Positions 38,726 to 48,262 are shown, counted from the stretch's first letter. The stretch: 64,000 nucleotides of DNA from an uncultured Tateyamaria sp. (GCA_947501275.1 CANMVD010000009.1:9925-73924); one strand, 5' to 3'. Program-made: numbers and translations. Notes: generated from the letters alone by a model not told the origin.

Positions 38726-39418
38726 ATGGACAACGCCCTGCACGATCTGTTGGCCTCGGTCGACACGCCAACTGTGTGCAACGCCATCGAGGTGGCCCAA
38801 GGAAAACGCGGCTTTAACGGGTTTACGCGCGGCACAATGCTGGCCTCGGATCCGGGTGGCGTGATGGTCGGCTATGCCCGCACGGCACGCATACGGGCTG
38901 TCGCTCCGCCAACCGAAGCGCCCGAGGTGATCAAGGCGCGGCGCATGGCCTATTACCGCTACATGTCCGAAGGTTCTCGACCCGCGGTATGTGTGGTGCA
39001 GGACCTTGATGTACCTGCCGCAATCGGGGCGTATTGGGGTGAGGTGAACACCAATATACACAAGGCATTCGGGCTTGCGGGTACTCTGACGGACGGAGTG
39101 ATGCGGGATCTCGGGGATGTGGCCGAAGGCTATCCGGTTGTCGCGGGATCAATTGGGCCCAGCCACGGATATGTGCACGTGATTGACTACGATCTGCCGG
39201 TGCGGATCCACGGGCTCGATATCCGGCCGGGCGATCTGGTCCATGCGGACCGTCACGGCGCAGTTGTGGTGCCACCGGATGTGATCGACACGCTGGCGGC
39301 TGCCATTGCAACGCTCATGCAATCTGAAAAGATCGTGTTTGACGCGGTAAAGGACAAGCGTATCTCGTTTGAGGATTTCGAGGTGGCTTGGGCCGCGTTT
39401 GAGGCCGCGCGCACGTGA
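38726..39418 (+). CDS. RraA/HMG aldolase-like family protein
   Basis: DTPTVCNA, AYWGEV, TDGVMRD, PGDLVHADRHGAVVVP. Confidence 0.85.
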   Translation: MDNALHDLLASVDTPTVCNAIEVAQGKRGFNGFTRGTMLASDPGGVMVGYARTARIRAVAPPTEAPEVIKARRMAYYRYMSEGSRPAVCVVQDLDVPAAIGAYWGEVNTNIHKAFGLAGTLTDGVMRDLGDVAEGYPVVAGSIGPSHGYVHVIDYDLPVRIHGLDIRPGDLVHADRHGAVVVPPDVIDTLAAAIATLMQSEKIVFDAVKDKRISFEDFEVAWAAFEAART

Positions 39419-39936
39419 TCCGGGCCTTGATCTGTGCCGTGTTCACATGCATCGGGGCAGCGCAGGCGCAGGAGGCCAGAATGGAATTGCAGGCAGACTG
39501 GGAATATGTGGCCGACAAGGTCATGGGTGGCGTGTCACGCGGTCAGATGCGTCGGGAAGCCGTCGATGGGCGCGAAGCTGCACGTCTCACGGGCACTGTA
39601 TCATTGGACAATGATGGCGGATTTATCCAAATGGCTTTTGACCTTGGACCGTTGGATGTGTCGGCCTGGACCGGGATCGAGATCGACGTGATTGGCAACG
39701 GCGAACGCTACGACATGCGTTTGCGCACCCAGGATCTGACCCGGCCATGGCAATCCTACCGAACTGAGTTCGTCGCCCCGCAGCGTTGGAATACTATCCA
39801 ACTGCCATTTTCGGAGTTCGAGGCTCATCGTACCGAGGCACCGCTTGCCCTTGATCGCCTGCGACGCATCGGTGTTCTCGCCATTGGCCGTGTGTTTGAC
39901 GCTGATGTCTCGGTGGCTGCCATCCGTCTTTATTGA
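39415..39936 (+). CDS. CIA30/NDUFAF1-like (CBM11-like fold) protein with signal peptide
   Basis: VADKVMGGVSRG, VSLDNDGGF, PWQSYR.EF; GTGA overlap with the RraA gene. Confidence 0.85.
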   Translation: MIRALICAVFTCIGAAQAQEARMELQADWEYVADKVMGGVSRGQMRREAVDGREAARLTGTVSLDNDGGFIQMAFDLGPLDVSAWTGIEIDVIGNGERYDMRLRTQDLTRPWQSYRTEFVAPQRWNTIQLPFSEFEAHRTEAPLALDRLRRIGVLAIGRVFDADVSVAAIRLY

Positions 39937-40164
39937 ACGCGCGATTCGATCTGTCTACGGCAGTTTGATTGCCCGTCAAATGACCACACTGGCTGCGCGG
40001 ACCGTCAAATTTCAGTGAAATGGACAACCTGCGGTAAACAATACGTGCCAATTCAGGTGACTTCCCCAATTGCGCATGTGTAAAGTCTGGATATTTAATG
40101 AATGTCATTTTGTGGCAATTTCACCCCTTGAGGGGCCTGGTCGAAATTTAGGGGAAACTTCGAC

Positions 40165-41058
40165 ATGAGCATTGAGCGCGGGATCTTGATGGCCGATGTG
40201 TCGGGCAGCACACCGCTATATCGCCGCTATGGAGACACAGAAGCCAGTCGCCTTGTGTTTGAATGCGTCGAGGAAATGCAACGCATTGCCACGAGACTGG
40301 GCGGCGATTTTGTGCGCTCCAAGGGGGACGACGTGCTGTGCCTTTTTGAATCCCCAGATCAGGCTGTGATCGCGGCCAAGGAAATACTGGATCACGGGGC
40401 GCATGGGGCCGTATCCGTCCATGCCGGGTTGCATTGGGGTACCGTCCTGTGGCGCGGCAATGAGTTGTTTGGCGATGCGGTCAATGTTGCAGCGCGCCTG
40501 TCGAGCCAAGCCAAGGAAAACGAGGTTTTGATCAGCAAGTCGCTGGTGAAAAGGGTGTCGCCCGAAGGTTCCTCTGACTTGCGATCCATGGGCGAGATCA
40601 CATTGCGTGGCACAGATGTGCCAACCGAAATCTTTGCGCTGATGGCGGCAGACGGCGATGATCACGGCGTCACGAAAATGACCGTGCAGCCAACTATTTT
40701 CAACGTCCAGCAAAAGGAAAAAGCCGCGAAAACGGCTGTCCACCTGACGCATGGCGGATGGGTCGGTACGATCCCGGAAGGCGGCGCGGTAAAGGTCGGG
40801 CGTTCGCCGCAATGCGATCTTGTGATGCCGCAGGCGTGGGTGTCACGCGAACATGGGGTGATTTCGGTCCGTGGGGGCATTGTCGAATTCAAGGACAGCA
40901 GCTCGGCCGGTAGCACGCTGACCATCGGAAACAGCCCCGAAATCTACATTCGCCGTCAAACGGTTGCGCTGAACGGCAACGGTGTGATCGAATTGGGCAG
41001 CACTGCAACCGGAGATACGCTGCCGCGCATTACTTTCGCTGTGATGCAGGTCAGCTAG
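40165..41058 (+). CDS. Class III nucleotide cyclase with C-terminal FHA domain
   Basis: ADVSGST, KGDD, FGDAVNVAARL; FHA KVGRS..CDL....WVSREHG. Confidence 0.9.
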   Translation: MSIERGILMADVSGSTPLYRRYGDTEASRLVFECVEEMQRIATRLGGDFVRSKGDDVLCLFESPDQAVIAAKEILDHGAHGAVSVHAGLHWGTVLWRGNELFGDAVNVAARLSSQAKENEVLISKSLVKRVSPEGSSDLRSMGEITLRGTDVPTEIFALMAADGDDHGVTKMTVQPTIFNVQQKEKAAKTAVHLTHGGWVGTIPEGGAVKVGRSPQCDLVMPQAWVSREHGVISVRGGIVEFKDSSSAGSTLTIGNSPEIYIRRQTVALNGNGVIELGSTATGDTLPRITFAVMQVS

Positions 41059-41070
41059 GGTTTCACGCCT

Positions 41071-42303
41071 TCAATTTCTGGGGGCTGGCGCGCCGCCTTC
41101 AAAGGCGTTGCCCTCGACATAGTCACACGGCTCTTCGCGCATCTCCAGATGCAGGCCAGTTCCCGTGTAAGGGTGCGCACGCGCCAGATCTTCGTCCACT
41201 TCGATGCCTAAACCGGGCGCTTCGGGCGGTCGTATGAACCCGTTTTCGACGCGGATACTGCCTTTGATCAGCTGATCATGGAACGGCGTCTCGATGGTTT
41301 CACACATCAGCAAATTGGGGATGGACGTGGCCAGATGGATGTTGGCTGCCCACTCGATAGGTCCTGCATAAAGGTGCGGCGCCATCTGGGCATTGTAGAC
41401 TTCGGCCAGCGCGGCGACCTTCTTCATCTCCCAAATGCCACCCGCACGCCCGAGGGCAGGCTGCAGGATTGTAGCTGCGCCGCTGCGCAGGACAGGCGCG
41501 AATTCTGACTTGGTGGTCAGGCGTTCCCCGGTCGCGACGGGGATGCGCACGGCGCGGGCAACCTTGGCCATTTCCTCAACCGCATCCGGGGGGATCGGCT
41601 CTTCGAACCACAGCGGCGAGAACGGCTCCAATGCCTGCCCAAGCCGAATGGCCCCAGCTGTGGTGAACTGTCCGTGCGTGCCAAACAACAGGTCCGCAGA
41701 GCCTCCGACAGCGTCGCGGATGGCTTTGCAAAACGCCACGGACATCGCGATGTCCCGCATGCCCGGCATATGCCCACCGCGCAACGTGTATGGCCCAGCG
41801 GGGTCGAATTTCAAGGCCGTGTAGCCGCGCGCAACGCAATCCACGGCGGCTTCGGCGGCCATCTCGGGCGACGTCCAGAAATCCGCCAGTGAATGCTGGG
41901 GCAGGGGGTAGAGGTAGGTATAGGCCCGGATTCGGTCATTCATGCGTCCGCCGAGCAGAGCCCATACGGGCCTGTTGCGCGCTTTGCCCAAGATGTCCCA
42001 GCAGGCGATCTCGAGACCCGAAAACGCCCCCATAACGCTGAGGTCAGGGCGTTGCGTGAAACCCGAAGAATAGGCACGGCGGAACATCAACTCGATGTCT
42101 TCCGGGCTCTGACCCTGCATGTGCCGCGCAAAAACGTCCTCGATCACCGCCTGCATCGCAGTTGGCCCGACAGAGGCCGCGTAGCACTCGCCCCACCCGA
42201 CAATCCCGTCATCGGTGGTCAGTTTGACCAAAATCCAATAGCGCCCGCCCCAACCGGGTGCAGGGGGTGCGGTGACAATGATCTCAAGATCCTGAAGCTT
42301 CAT
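41071..42303 (-). CDS. Mandelate racemase/muconate lactonizing enzyme (enolase superfamily) protein
   Basis: VGWGE, LSVMGAFSGLEIACWDILGK, KFDP, GTHG, WFEEP, TGERL, APHLY. Confidence 0.92.
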   Translation of the reverse strand: MKLQDLEIIVTAPPAPGWGGRYWILVKLTTDDGIVGWGECYAASVGPTAMQAVIEDVFARHMQGQSPEDIELMFRRAYSSGFTQRPDLSVMGAFSGLEIACWDILGKARNRPVWALLGGRMNDRIRAYTYLYPLPQHSLADFWTSPEMAAEAAVDCVARGYTALKFDPAGPYTLRGGHMPGMRDIAMSVAFCKAIRDAVGGSADLLFGTHGQFTTAGAIRLGQALEPFSPLWFEEPIPPDAVEEMAKVARAVRIPVATGERLTTKSEFAPVLRSGAATILQPALGRAGGIWEMKKVAALAEVYNAQMAPHLYAGPIEWAANIHLATSIPNLLMCETIETPFHDQLIKGSIRVENGFIRPPEAPGLGIEVDEDLARAHPYTGTGLHLEMREEPCDYVEGNAFEGGAPAPRN

Positions 42304-42369
42304 ATGGACAGCCTTTCTTATGGCCGGGCGCGCCGCAAAGATAGCAGCGGGGCAAACGCGGCGCCGAAC

Positions 42370-43461
42370 CTACCGATCAAACATGATGACATTGCGCCGG
42401 GCCTTGCCTGACTTGGTGTCGGCAATCGCCTCGTTGATCTGATCCAGCGACCAGCGCCCAGAAATGAGACTGTCCAATTGCAACCGCCCCTGCAGGTACA
42501 AATCAACCATCCAGGGGATATCCCGCTGGATCACGACGTCGCCCATTTTCGAGCCCACCATGCCCTGACCAATGGAGGCCAGAATTGCCGGTTCGTAACT
42601 GGAATATGCGCCCGAATGGGGAAGACCGACCATGACCACCTTGCCGCCGCGCCCCAGATAGCGTGGGGCCTGATCATAGGCGGGGGTCGCGCCAACAGTG
42701 ACGATCACGGCTTCGGCGCCTTTGCCGCCTAAGGCTTTGTAACTGGCCCGCCATGGCGATTTGGCCGACGCCAATACGCCATGGGTCGCGCCAAAGGCTT
42801 TTGCGTCTTCGAGTTTTTCCTCGGTCATGTCGACGGCCACGATCCGGCGCGCACCTGCAATGCGTGCGCCTTGAATCGCGTTGAGACCAACACCGCCCGC
42901 ACCGATTACCACAACGTCCTGACCGGCGCGCAGGCCCGCTGCATTGACCACAGCGCCAACGCCGGTGATGACCCCGCAGGCAATCAGGCTGGCCGCATCC
43001 ATGGGCATGTCTGACGGGAACTTGACGACTTGGCGCTGGTCCACGACGACCTTTTCGGCAAAGGCACCGCACGCCATGGCCTGATGCAGCTTACCACCGT
43101 CTGCCGTTGTGATGGGCCCCTTGTCACCGTCATAGGGTGTTTCACAGATCGTAGGTTGCCCGCCTGCGCAGGACGGGCATGTGCCGCAGGAACGGATCAG
43201 CGTCACCACAACGCTGTCACCTTCTTCCAGACCGCTCACTCCGTCGCCAACAGCACTGATAATGCCAGCGGCTTCGTGCCCGTAAACAGCGGGCAGACTG
43301 CCCCCCCACGCGCCATCGGCATAGGAGATGTCCGAATGGCAGATCGCGACTGCGGACAGCGTGACCTCGACCTCGCCCGCGTTCGGGTCGCGCAAAAGGA
43401 TGTCTTCCAAAACAAGAGGGCTGCCAAAGTCGTGGCATACGGCGGCTTTGATGGTCTGCAT
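42370..43461 (-). CDS. Zn-dependent alcohol dehydrogenase (MDR)
   Basis: ICHSD, GHEAAG, C..C..C...C, IACGV.TGVGA, GAGGVG. Confidence 0.93.
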   Translation of the reverse strand: MQTIKAAVCHDFGSPLVLEDILLRDPNAGEVEVTLSAVAICHSDISYADGAWGGSLPAVYGHEAAGIISAVGDGVSGLEEGDSVVVTLIRSCGTCPSCAGGQPTICETPYDGDKGPITTADGGKLHQAMACGAFAEKVVVDQRQVVKFPSDMPMDAASLIACGVITGVGAVVNAAGLRAGQDVVVIGAGGVGLNAIQGARIAGARRIVAVDMTEEKLEDAKAFGATHGVLASAKSPWRASYKALGGKGAEAVIVTVGATPAYDQAPRYLGRGGKVVMVGLPHSGAYSSYEPAILASIGQGMVGSKMGDVVIQRDIPWMVDLYLQGRLQLDSLISGRWSLDQINEAIADTKSGKARRNVIMFDR

Positions 43462-43553
43462 ATTTGTCGTCCTTGCGCCACTTGCGCCGTTGGTGATTTT
43501 CACCACTAACGGTGGCGCAGCCCTTAAGCGTCTGCAAGACCATTTCCGACCAA

Positions 43554-44783
43554 TTATGGCGCAGGTTGACTGCTCACCTTAGGAGATGTCCCGATTTTTC
43601 CGCTGCGCAGGAACACAAACAGAGCCAAAGCAATCAATCCTCCCGCCAGAAAGAAGGGTGCACCGGGCAAATATACCGGGGCATTGTCTCCGATGAAGCT
43701 CTTGAAAACATATGACATCATCAATGGCGCTGGAATCATGGCCAACGCCGCAACAGATGTCAGTGCGCCTTGCAATTCCCCTTGGGCGTCGTCGCTTACG
43801 GCTTTGGACATGATGCCTTGCAAAGCCGGGGTTATGACGGCTGGCAGTGCCGCCAATGGCGTCAGGATCAACAACCACGTGCCCGAGCTGACCACGCCGA
43901 TCAGCAAAAAGACGATGATGTCGGCTCCGTGGCCGTAGATGACAGTGCCCCGCTCACCCAGTCGCGTCATGATGGGCCGGATGAGCCCGCCTTGAACGAT
44001 CGCCATGGAGACACCGAACAGCCCCAGTGACCAGCCAACCATGCCCGGAGACCAGTCAAACCGTTCAGCCGTGTAGTAAGACCAGATTGCCGGATAAACA
44101 TTGAATGCGACCTGATACAGGAAAAACACCAACAACAATGGCCCCAGCCCGGGCAATTTGGACAATTGCTGGAACACACCCAGCGGATTGGCGCGACGCC
44201 ACTCGAAAGTGCGGCGGATACGGTCATCCACCGTCTCCTTCAGCACGAAGTATCCAAATACCGCATTGCCCGCGGCAAGCGCCGCGGCCGCATAGAACGG
44301 CGCACGGGTGCCAAATTCGGCCAACACCCCACCCAGAACCGGTCCGAACACAAACCCAAGCCCAAATGCCGCGCCGATCAGACCGAAATTTGCAGCCTTG
44401 TCCTCGGGCTTGGAGATATCCGCCATGTATGCGTTTGCCGTGGACTGGGTGGCTGCCGTAATGCCTCCGACAATCCGCCCCACCAAAAGCAACCAGATGC
44501 TGCCGGCAACGGCCATGACGAGATAGTCCAGCGCAAGCACCACAAGGGATGTGATCAGGATAGGCCGTCGCCCGAAACGATCCGACAGCGCACCGACCAA
44601 CGGACCAAACAGGAACTGCATCGCCGCAAAGGTCGACGACAGGATCGCGCCCCACACCGCAGCCGAGCCGATGCCCAATCCACGTACTTCCTGAATGAGG
44701 TCAGGCATGACAGGAACGATCAATCCGATGCCCATCGCATCGATCATGACCGTGAAAAGAATGAACAGGACGGGCAGTTTCAA
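43554..44783 (-). CDS. MFS transporter, TCR/Tet (DHA1) family
   Basis: IDAMGIGLIVPV.P, GALSDRFGRRP, GFVFGPVLGG. Confidence 0.92.
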   Translation of the reverse strand: MKLPVLFILFTVMIDAMGIGLIVPVMPDLIQEVRGLGIGSAAVWGAILSSTFAAMQFLFGPLVGALSDRFGRRPILITSLVVLALDYLVMAVAGSIWLLLVGRIVGGITAATQSTANAYMADISKPEDKAANFGLIGAAFGLGFVFGPVLGGVLAEFGTRAPFYAAAALAAGNAVFGYFVLKETVDDRIRRTFEWRRANPLGVFQQLSKLPGLGPLLLVFFLYQVAFNVYPAIWSYYTAERFDWSPGMVGWSLGLFGVSMAIVQGGLIRPIMTRLGERGTVIYGHGADIIVFLLIGVVSSGTWLLILTPLAALPAVITPALQGIMSKAVSDDAQGELQGALTSVAALAMIPAPLMMSYVFKSFIGDNAPVYLPGAPFFLAGGLIALALFVFLRSGKIGTSPKVSSQPAP

Positions 44784-46102
44784 AGGCGCGCCACCCTGGT
44801 CGCAAAGGCGCGGGCATCGTCTGGCGCCAGCCCCATTTGCCGTACGGGATCAAACAGGCTCTGTGGCAAATCCGGGTGTGCTGCGGTCGCGACGGCGGCC
44901 AATGTCTGGCCGGATCGCTGCGCCTCGGCAATCAGTGCTTTTGTAGCATCTTGCGCATCCGGACGGGGCATCTTGGCGGCCAAGGCAAAGCTCAACCCTT
45001 CGGCATAAACGCCGCCAAGACCGGCAAAGTGGCGATCTGCTGCGGCTGAATTTGGTGCCCAGGACTGGACAAGAGCATTGGCGATCTCGAGGGCCGCCGC
45101 ACAACACAGCGCGATTTGGGGCAGCACCATCCACTCTGCAAACCACGCAGCCCCGTCGCGTTGATGCTGATGCGTGGCCGAGGCTTGCAGCGTCGCCCGC
45201 AACCCGGTCATGTGATGCCCGAGGGCGGACAGCGCGGATGGGCCGACGGGGTTCTGCTTTTGAGGCATCGTTGAAGAGCCACCAGCGCCGTTCAATATGA
45301 CGTCCTGACATTCCGAACTCGACAAGGCGGTGGCTGATTGTCCCACGCCAGCAAGCGTCGCAACGATGTCAGCCATCCAATCCACAATGCGCAAAATGGG
45401 GCCACGATCCGTGTGCCAACTGCGTTTTGGATCTGTCAGGTTCAGAGCATCCGCCAGCGCAGATCGCGTTTCACGCGCGTGCGGCCCCAAGGCCGATGCT
45501 GTTCCCGCTGCCCCGCTCAACGACACCCACAGCGATCCATCCCGCACTGCCGGAAGCACCTCATATGCGTCCACCAAGGGTTGCCCCCACTGTGCAAGCA
45601 TACCGCCCCAACTGGTCGGCGTGGCCTGCTGGGCATAGGTGCGCGCAACCATCGGTGTTTCTGCATGGGTTTCGGCCTGCCTGCCAAGGCGTTGCAGGAG
45701 TGCGAGCAATAGATCGTGATGCGCCGTCAGTGTCTGGCGCAAACGCAGCATTAGGCCCGTGTCGATGATGTCTTGTGATGTTGCACCCCAATGGGCGTAT
45801 TGCGCATGTTCGGGTGCCTCCATCGCCGCGCGAAAGGCCGCGACCAGACCGGGAACGCTTACGCCGTTTTGGCCTGTGGCTTGTGCCAAACCGGCAGGGT
45901 CAATCTGCACCTCAAGACTTGAGCGATGGATAAAGGCAGCACTGTCAGCCGGAATGATCCCCTGCGCGCCCTGGACCTTGGCCAACGCACCTTCGACGAG
46001 CAACATGGCGCGCACTTCGGCAGTGTCAGACCACAATCGCCCTACGTCGCCCGTTGGAAAAAGCTGGGCAAAAAGCGAGGACGAAAAGACGCTGGCGGCC
46101 AT
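44780..46102 (-). CDS. pcaB: 3-carboxy-cis,cis-muconate cycloisomerase-like lyase (fumarase/aspartase superfamily)
   Basis: HWGATSQD..DT, RTYAQQA.P, GGSSTMPQKQNP signature; adjacent to pcaD. Confidence 0.78.
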   Translation of the reverse strand: MAASVFSSSLFAQLFPTGDVGRLWSDTAEVRAMLLVEGALAKVQGAQGIIPADSAAFIHRSSLEVQIDPAGLAQATGQNGVSVPGLVAAFRAAMEAPEHAQYAHWGATSQDIIDTGLMLRLRQTLTAHHDLLLALLQRLGRQAETHAETPMVARTYAQQATPTSWGGMLAQWGQPLVDAYEVLPAVRDGSLWVSLSGAAGTASALGPHARETRSALADALNLTDPKRSWHTDRGPILRIVDWMADIVATLAGVGQSATALSSSECQDVILNGAGGSSTMPQKQNPVGPSALSALGHHMTGLRATLQASATHQHQRDGAAWFAEWMVLPQIALCCAAALEIANALVQSWAPNSAAADRHFAGLGGVYAEGLSFALAAKMPRPDAQDATKALIAEAQRSGQTLAAVATAAHPDLPQSLFDPVRQMGLAPDDARAFATRVARL

Positions 46103-46105
46103 GAT

Positions 46106-46894
46106 CTATACGTGTCCCGTGGCGTGCATAAAGTCCGACAGGGCCGTTGCAAAATTTTGCGGATTTTCGACACATGGCAAGTGCCCGGCCCCTCGGATCA
46201 GATGGAATTGGCTGCCGGGAACAAGCTCGACCGTCTCGCGCACAAGATCGGGTGGAGTGGACCCGTCCTCGCTGCCCGCAATGCCCAAAGTCGGCAGCCG
46301 CAACGTCGCAGTGGTGGCATAAAAATCCGTCCCTGAGATCGCGGCAGAACACCCTGCATAACCTGCATCTTCCTGTCGCGTCAGCATATTGCGCCACAAT
46401 TCGAGTTCTGGCGCTGCACGGAATTTCGCAGAGAACCACCGCTCCATGACTGCATCAGCAAGACTTTCGATGCCACCGGTTTTCACGGCGGAAATGCGCT
46501 CTGCCCACATTTCCGTGGTGCCGATCTTCGCACCCGTATTGGACAACACCATGGCCCGCATCAGATCAAGGCGCTTCACGGCAAGGCCCTGCGCAATCAT
46601 GCCGCCGATGGACAGGCCAACAAACATCACATCTCGAAAGCCCAGGTGATCCATCAGACGCTCGGTGTCACTCACCAGCGTACCCATCGCATAGGGCGCT
46701 GGTGGACACGTCGACAACCCGTGACCGCGCTTGTCAAACCGCAAGATACGCAATCCCTGCGGCAACAACGGCAGGATCGGATCCCACAGCCGCATATCTG
46801 TCCCAAGCGAGTTCACAAAAACAACCGGCGCCCCGTCTTCGGGCCCATCAATGCGATAATGCAGAGCTACGTCGCCCAGATCGACCATATGCAT
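46106..46894 (-). CDS. pcaD: 3-oxoadipate enol-lactonase
   Basis: NSLGTD..LWD, DKRGHG.S, GLSIGG, ERWF, DGSTPP, GHLPCVE. Confidence 0.85.
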   Translation of the reverse strand: MHMVDLGDVALHYRIDGPEDGAPVVFVNSLGTDMRLWDPILPLLPQGLRILRFDKRGHGLSTCPPAPYAMGTLVSDTERLMDHLGFRDVMFVGLSIGGMIAQGLAVKRLDLMRAMVLSNTGAKIGTTEMWAERISAVKTGGIESLADAVMERWFSAKFRAAPELELWRNMLTRQEDAGYAGCSAAISGTDFYATTATLRLPTLGIAGSEDGSTPPDLVRETVELVPGSQFHLIRGAGHLPCVENPQNFATALSDFMHATGHV

Positions 46895-46974
46895 GAGGAT
46901 GTCCTTTCGTTACCGGTCCACCCGTTTTGACGCGACTTCATACCCACGTGCAAGGCATCACACAGCCAAGAGGC

Positions 46975-47030
46975 TTCTTCTGACCCAAAATACCACGGGG
47001 GAGGCTGAAAGCCGGGGGCAGAGCCCCCCA
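46975..47030 (-). repeat. REP-like element, copy E
   Basis: Reverse complement TGGGGGGCTCTGCCCCC-GGCTTTCAGCCT-CCCCCGTGGTATTTTGGGTCAGAAGAA; near-identical flanks to 15960-16023. Confidence 0.8.
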
Positions 47031-47071
47031 ACCCTTCCAAACAAGTAGCGTGGCGCAGCCGCCTTTGGATC

Positions 47072-48262
47072 TCAGTCCTTCAGCCGCATATGGGCGATGA
47101 TCTGGCCGTGATCCGAGGCCAACTTGTTGTAGGGGGCTTCGGCGTGGCTGCCATCTGTCAGGTGGTCGTTCAACACGCTAAAATAGTCCATCTGCCCGAT
47201 GCTGTCAGGGGAGCCTTCCAAAAAATGACGGGACATGTAGATCTGGTCGATACTCTCGTACACGCCACCAAAGGCGGCCGTATAGACCATGTCCCTTGCC
47301 GACTTGTGTACAAACTGTTTTTCGGCCGAATGCAGTCGCACAGATTCGATGGCTTCGCGGATCTGGGTATCCTCCTCTTCAGTGTACCTATCGCGCGGGG
47401 TTTCGGCATCATGGCGCAACATCCACGCATAGTTCTTGAATGGATGCTCACCGCTGATGATTTCGGAACTGACGGCATGTTCGCCATCGTTGAAATCCCC
47501 CGTGACCATAACGGGATGACCCGCTTCGATTTCTGCTACGATGGCGCGGCGCAACACCCAGGCTTCGGCCATGCGACGCAAGGACGAGCGTAATCCGCCC
47601 AGTGCCCGTCCCACGGGATCGTAGTCTGTCAGATCAATTTCTGGCGGAGCATCTGCGCCTGCGGGTGTCACGAATTCGCCAAGTTTGGATTTCAGATGGC
47701 AGGTGAAAACGGTGACGACATGATCGCCAACAGGTACACGCACCTTGAGGATCGGGCGGCTGAGGCGCGTCAGGGTAAAGCTGCCTCCACCGCCTGCGCC
47801 CATTGGGCCAAAATCGATCTCGACCGGCTCTGAGAGGTCCTGAATGATCTCAGGCTCGTAGACAAATCCGAACCGGGACAGGATTGCCACGCCGGGGCGG
47901 CGCTTGCCCGATGCACCGTCATTGCTGTTGGGAGCAAAGGCCAATGCGGCCTCTGTGTAGGGGCGATACGCCAATTTGCGAAAGATCGCCTTGCGCCGAT
48001 AGCGTTTGTTCGGGCCGGGTATATGCGCCTCGTTTCCAGCAATTCCGTCAGCATCCGCTTCGGCAATGACATGGCGCAGGGCATCTTCCTCGAAAATCTC
48101 CTGAAAGCAGACAATATCTGCATCCATGGTCTGAAGCTGTTCGGCCAGCCAGTCGGATTTCCACGCGTATTCTTCAGGGGTGTAGCTTTGGAACCTGTAA
48201 TACTCCTGATCTGGTCCAATCAGGTTTTTGACGTTGAAACTGGCGATGGTGAAGTTGGTCAT
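47072..48262 (-). CDS. Endonuclease/exonuclease/phosphatase family protein
   Basis: ASFNVKN, ADIVCFQE, HLKSK, GDFND, IDQI, SDHG. Confidence 0.9.
   Translation of the reverse strand: MTNFTIASFNVKNLIGPDQEYYRFQSYTPEEYAWKSDWLAEQLQTMDADIVCFQEIFEEDALRHVIAEADADGIAGNEAHIPGPNKRYRRKAIFRKLAYRPYTEAALAFAPNSNDGASGKRRPGVAILSRFGFVYEPEIIQDLSEPVEIDFGPMGAGGGGSFTLTRLSRPILKVRVPVGDHVVTVFTCHLKSKLGEFVTPAGADAPPEIDLTDYDPVGRALGGLRSSLRRMAEAWVLRRAIVAEIEAGHPVMVTGDFNDGEHAVSSEIISGEHPFKNYAWMLRHDAETPRDRYTEEEDTQIREAIESVRLHSAEKQFVHKSARDMVYTAAFGGVYESIDQIYMSRHFLEGSPDSIGQMDYFSVLNDHLTDGSHAEAPYNKLASDHGQIIAHMRLKD

Noticed and set aside
40165-41058. Pycsar/CBASS-type anti-phage system around the cyclase
   Set aside because: No adjacent TIR, TM or other effector gene; the FHA fusion suggests signalling.
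7662-47030. CRISPR array or IS termini from the repeated palindromes
   Set aside because: Copies are dispersed single units with no regular spacers, no cas genes, no transposase and no target-site duplications seen.
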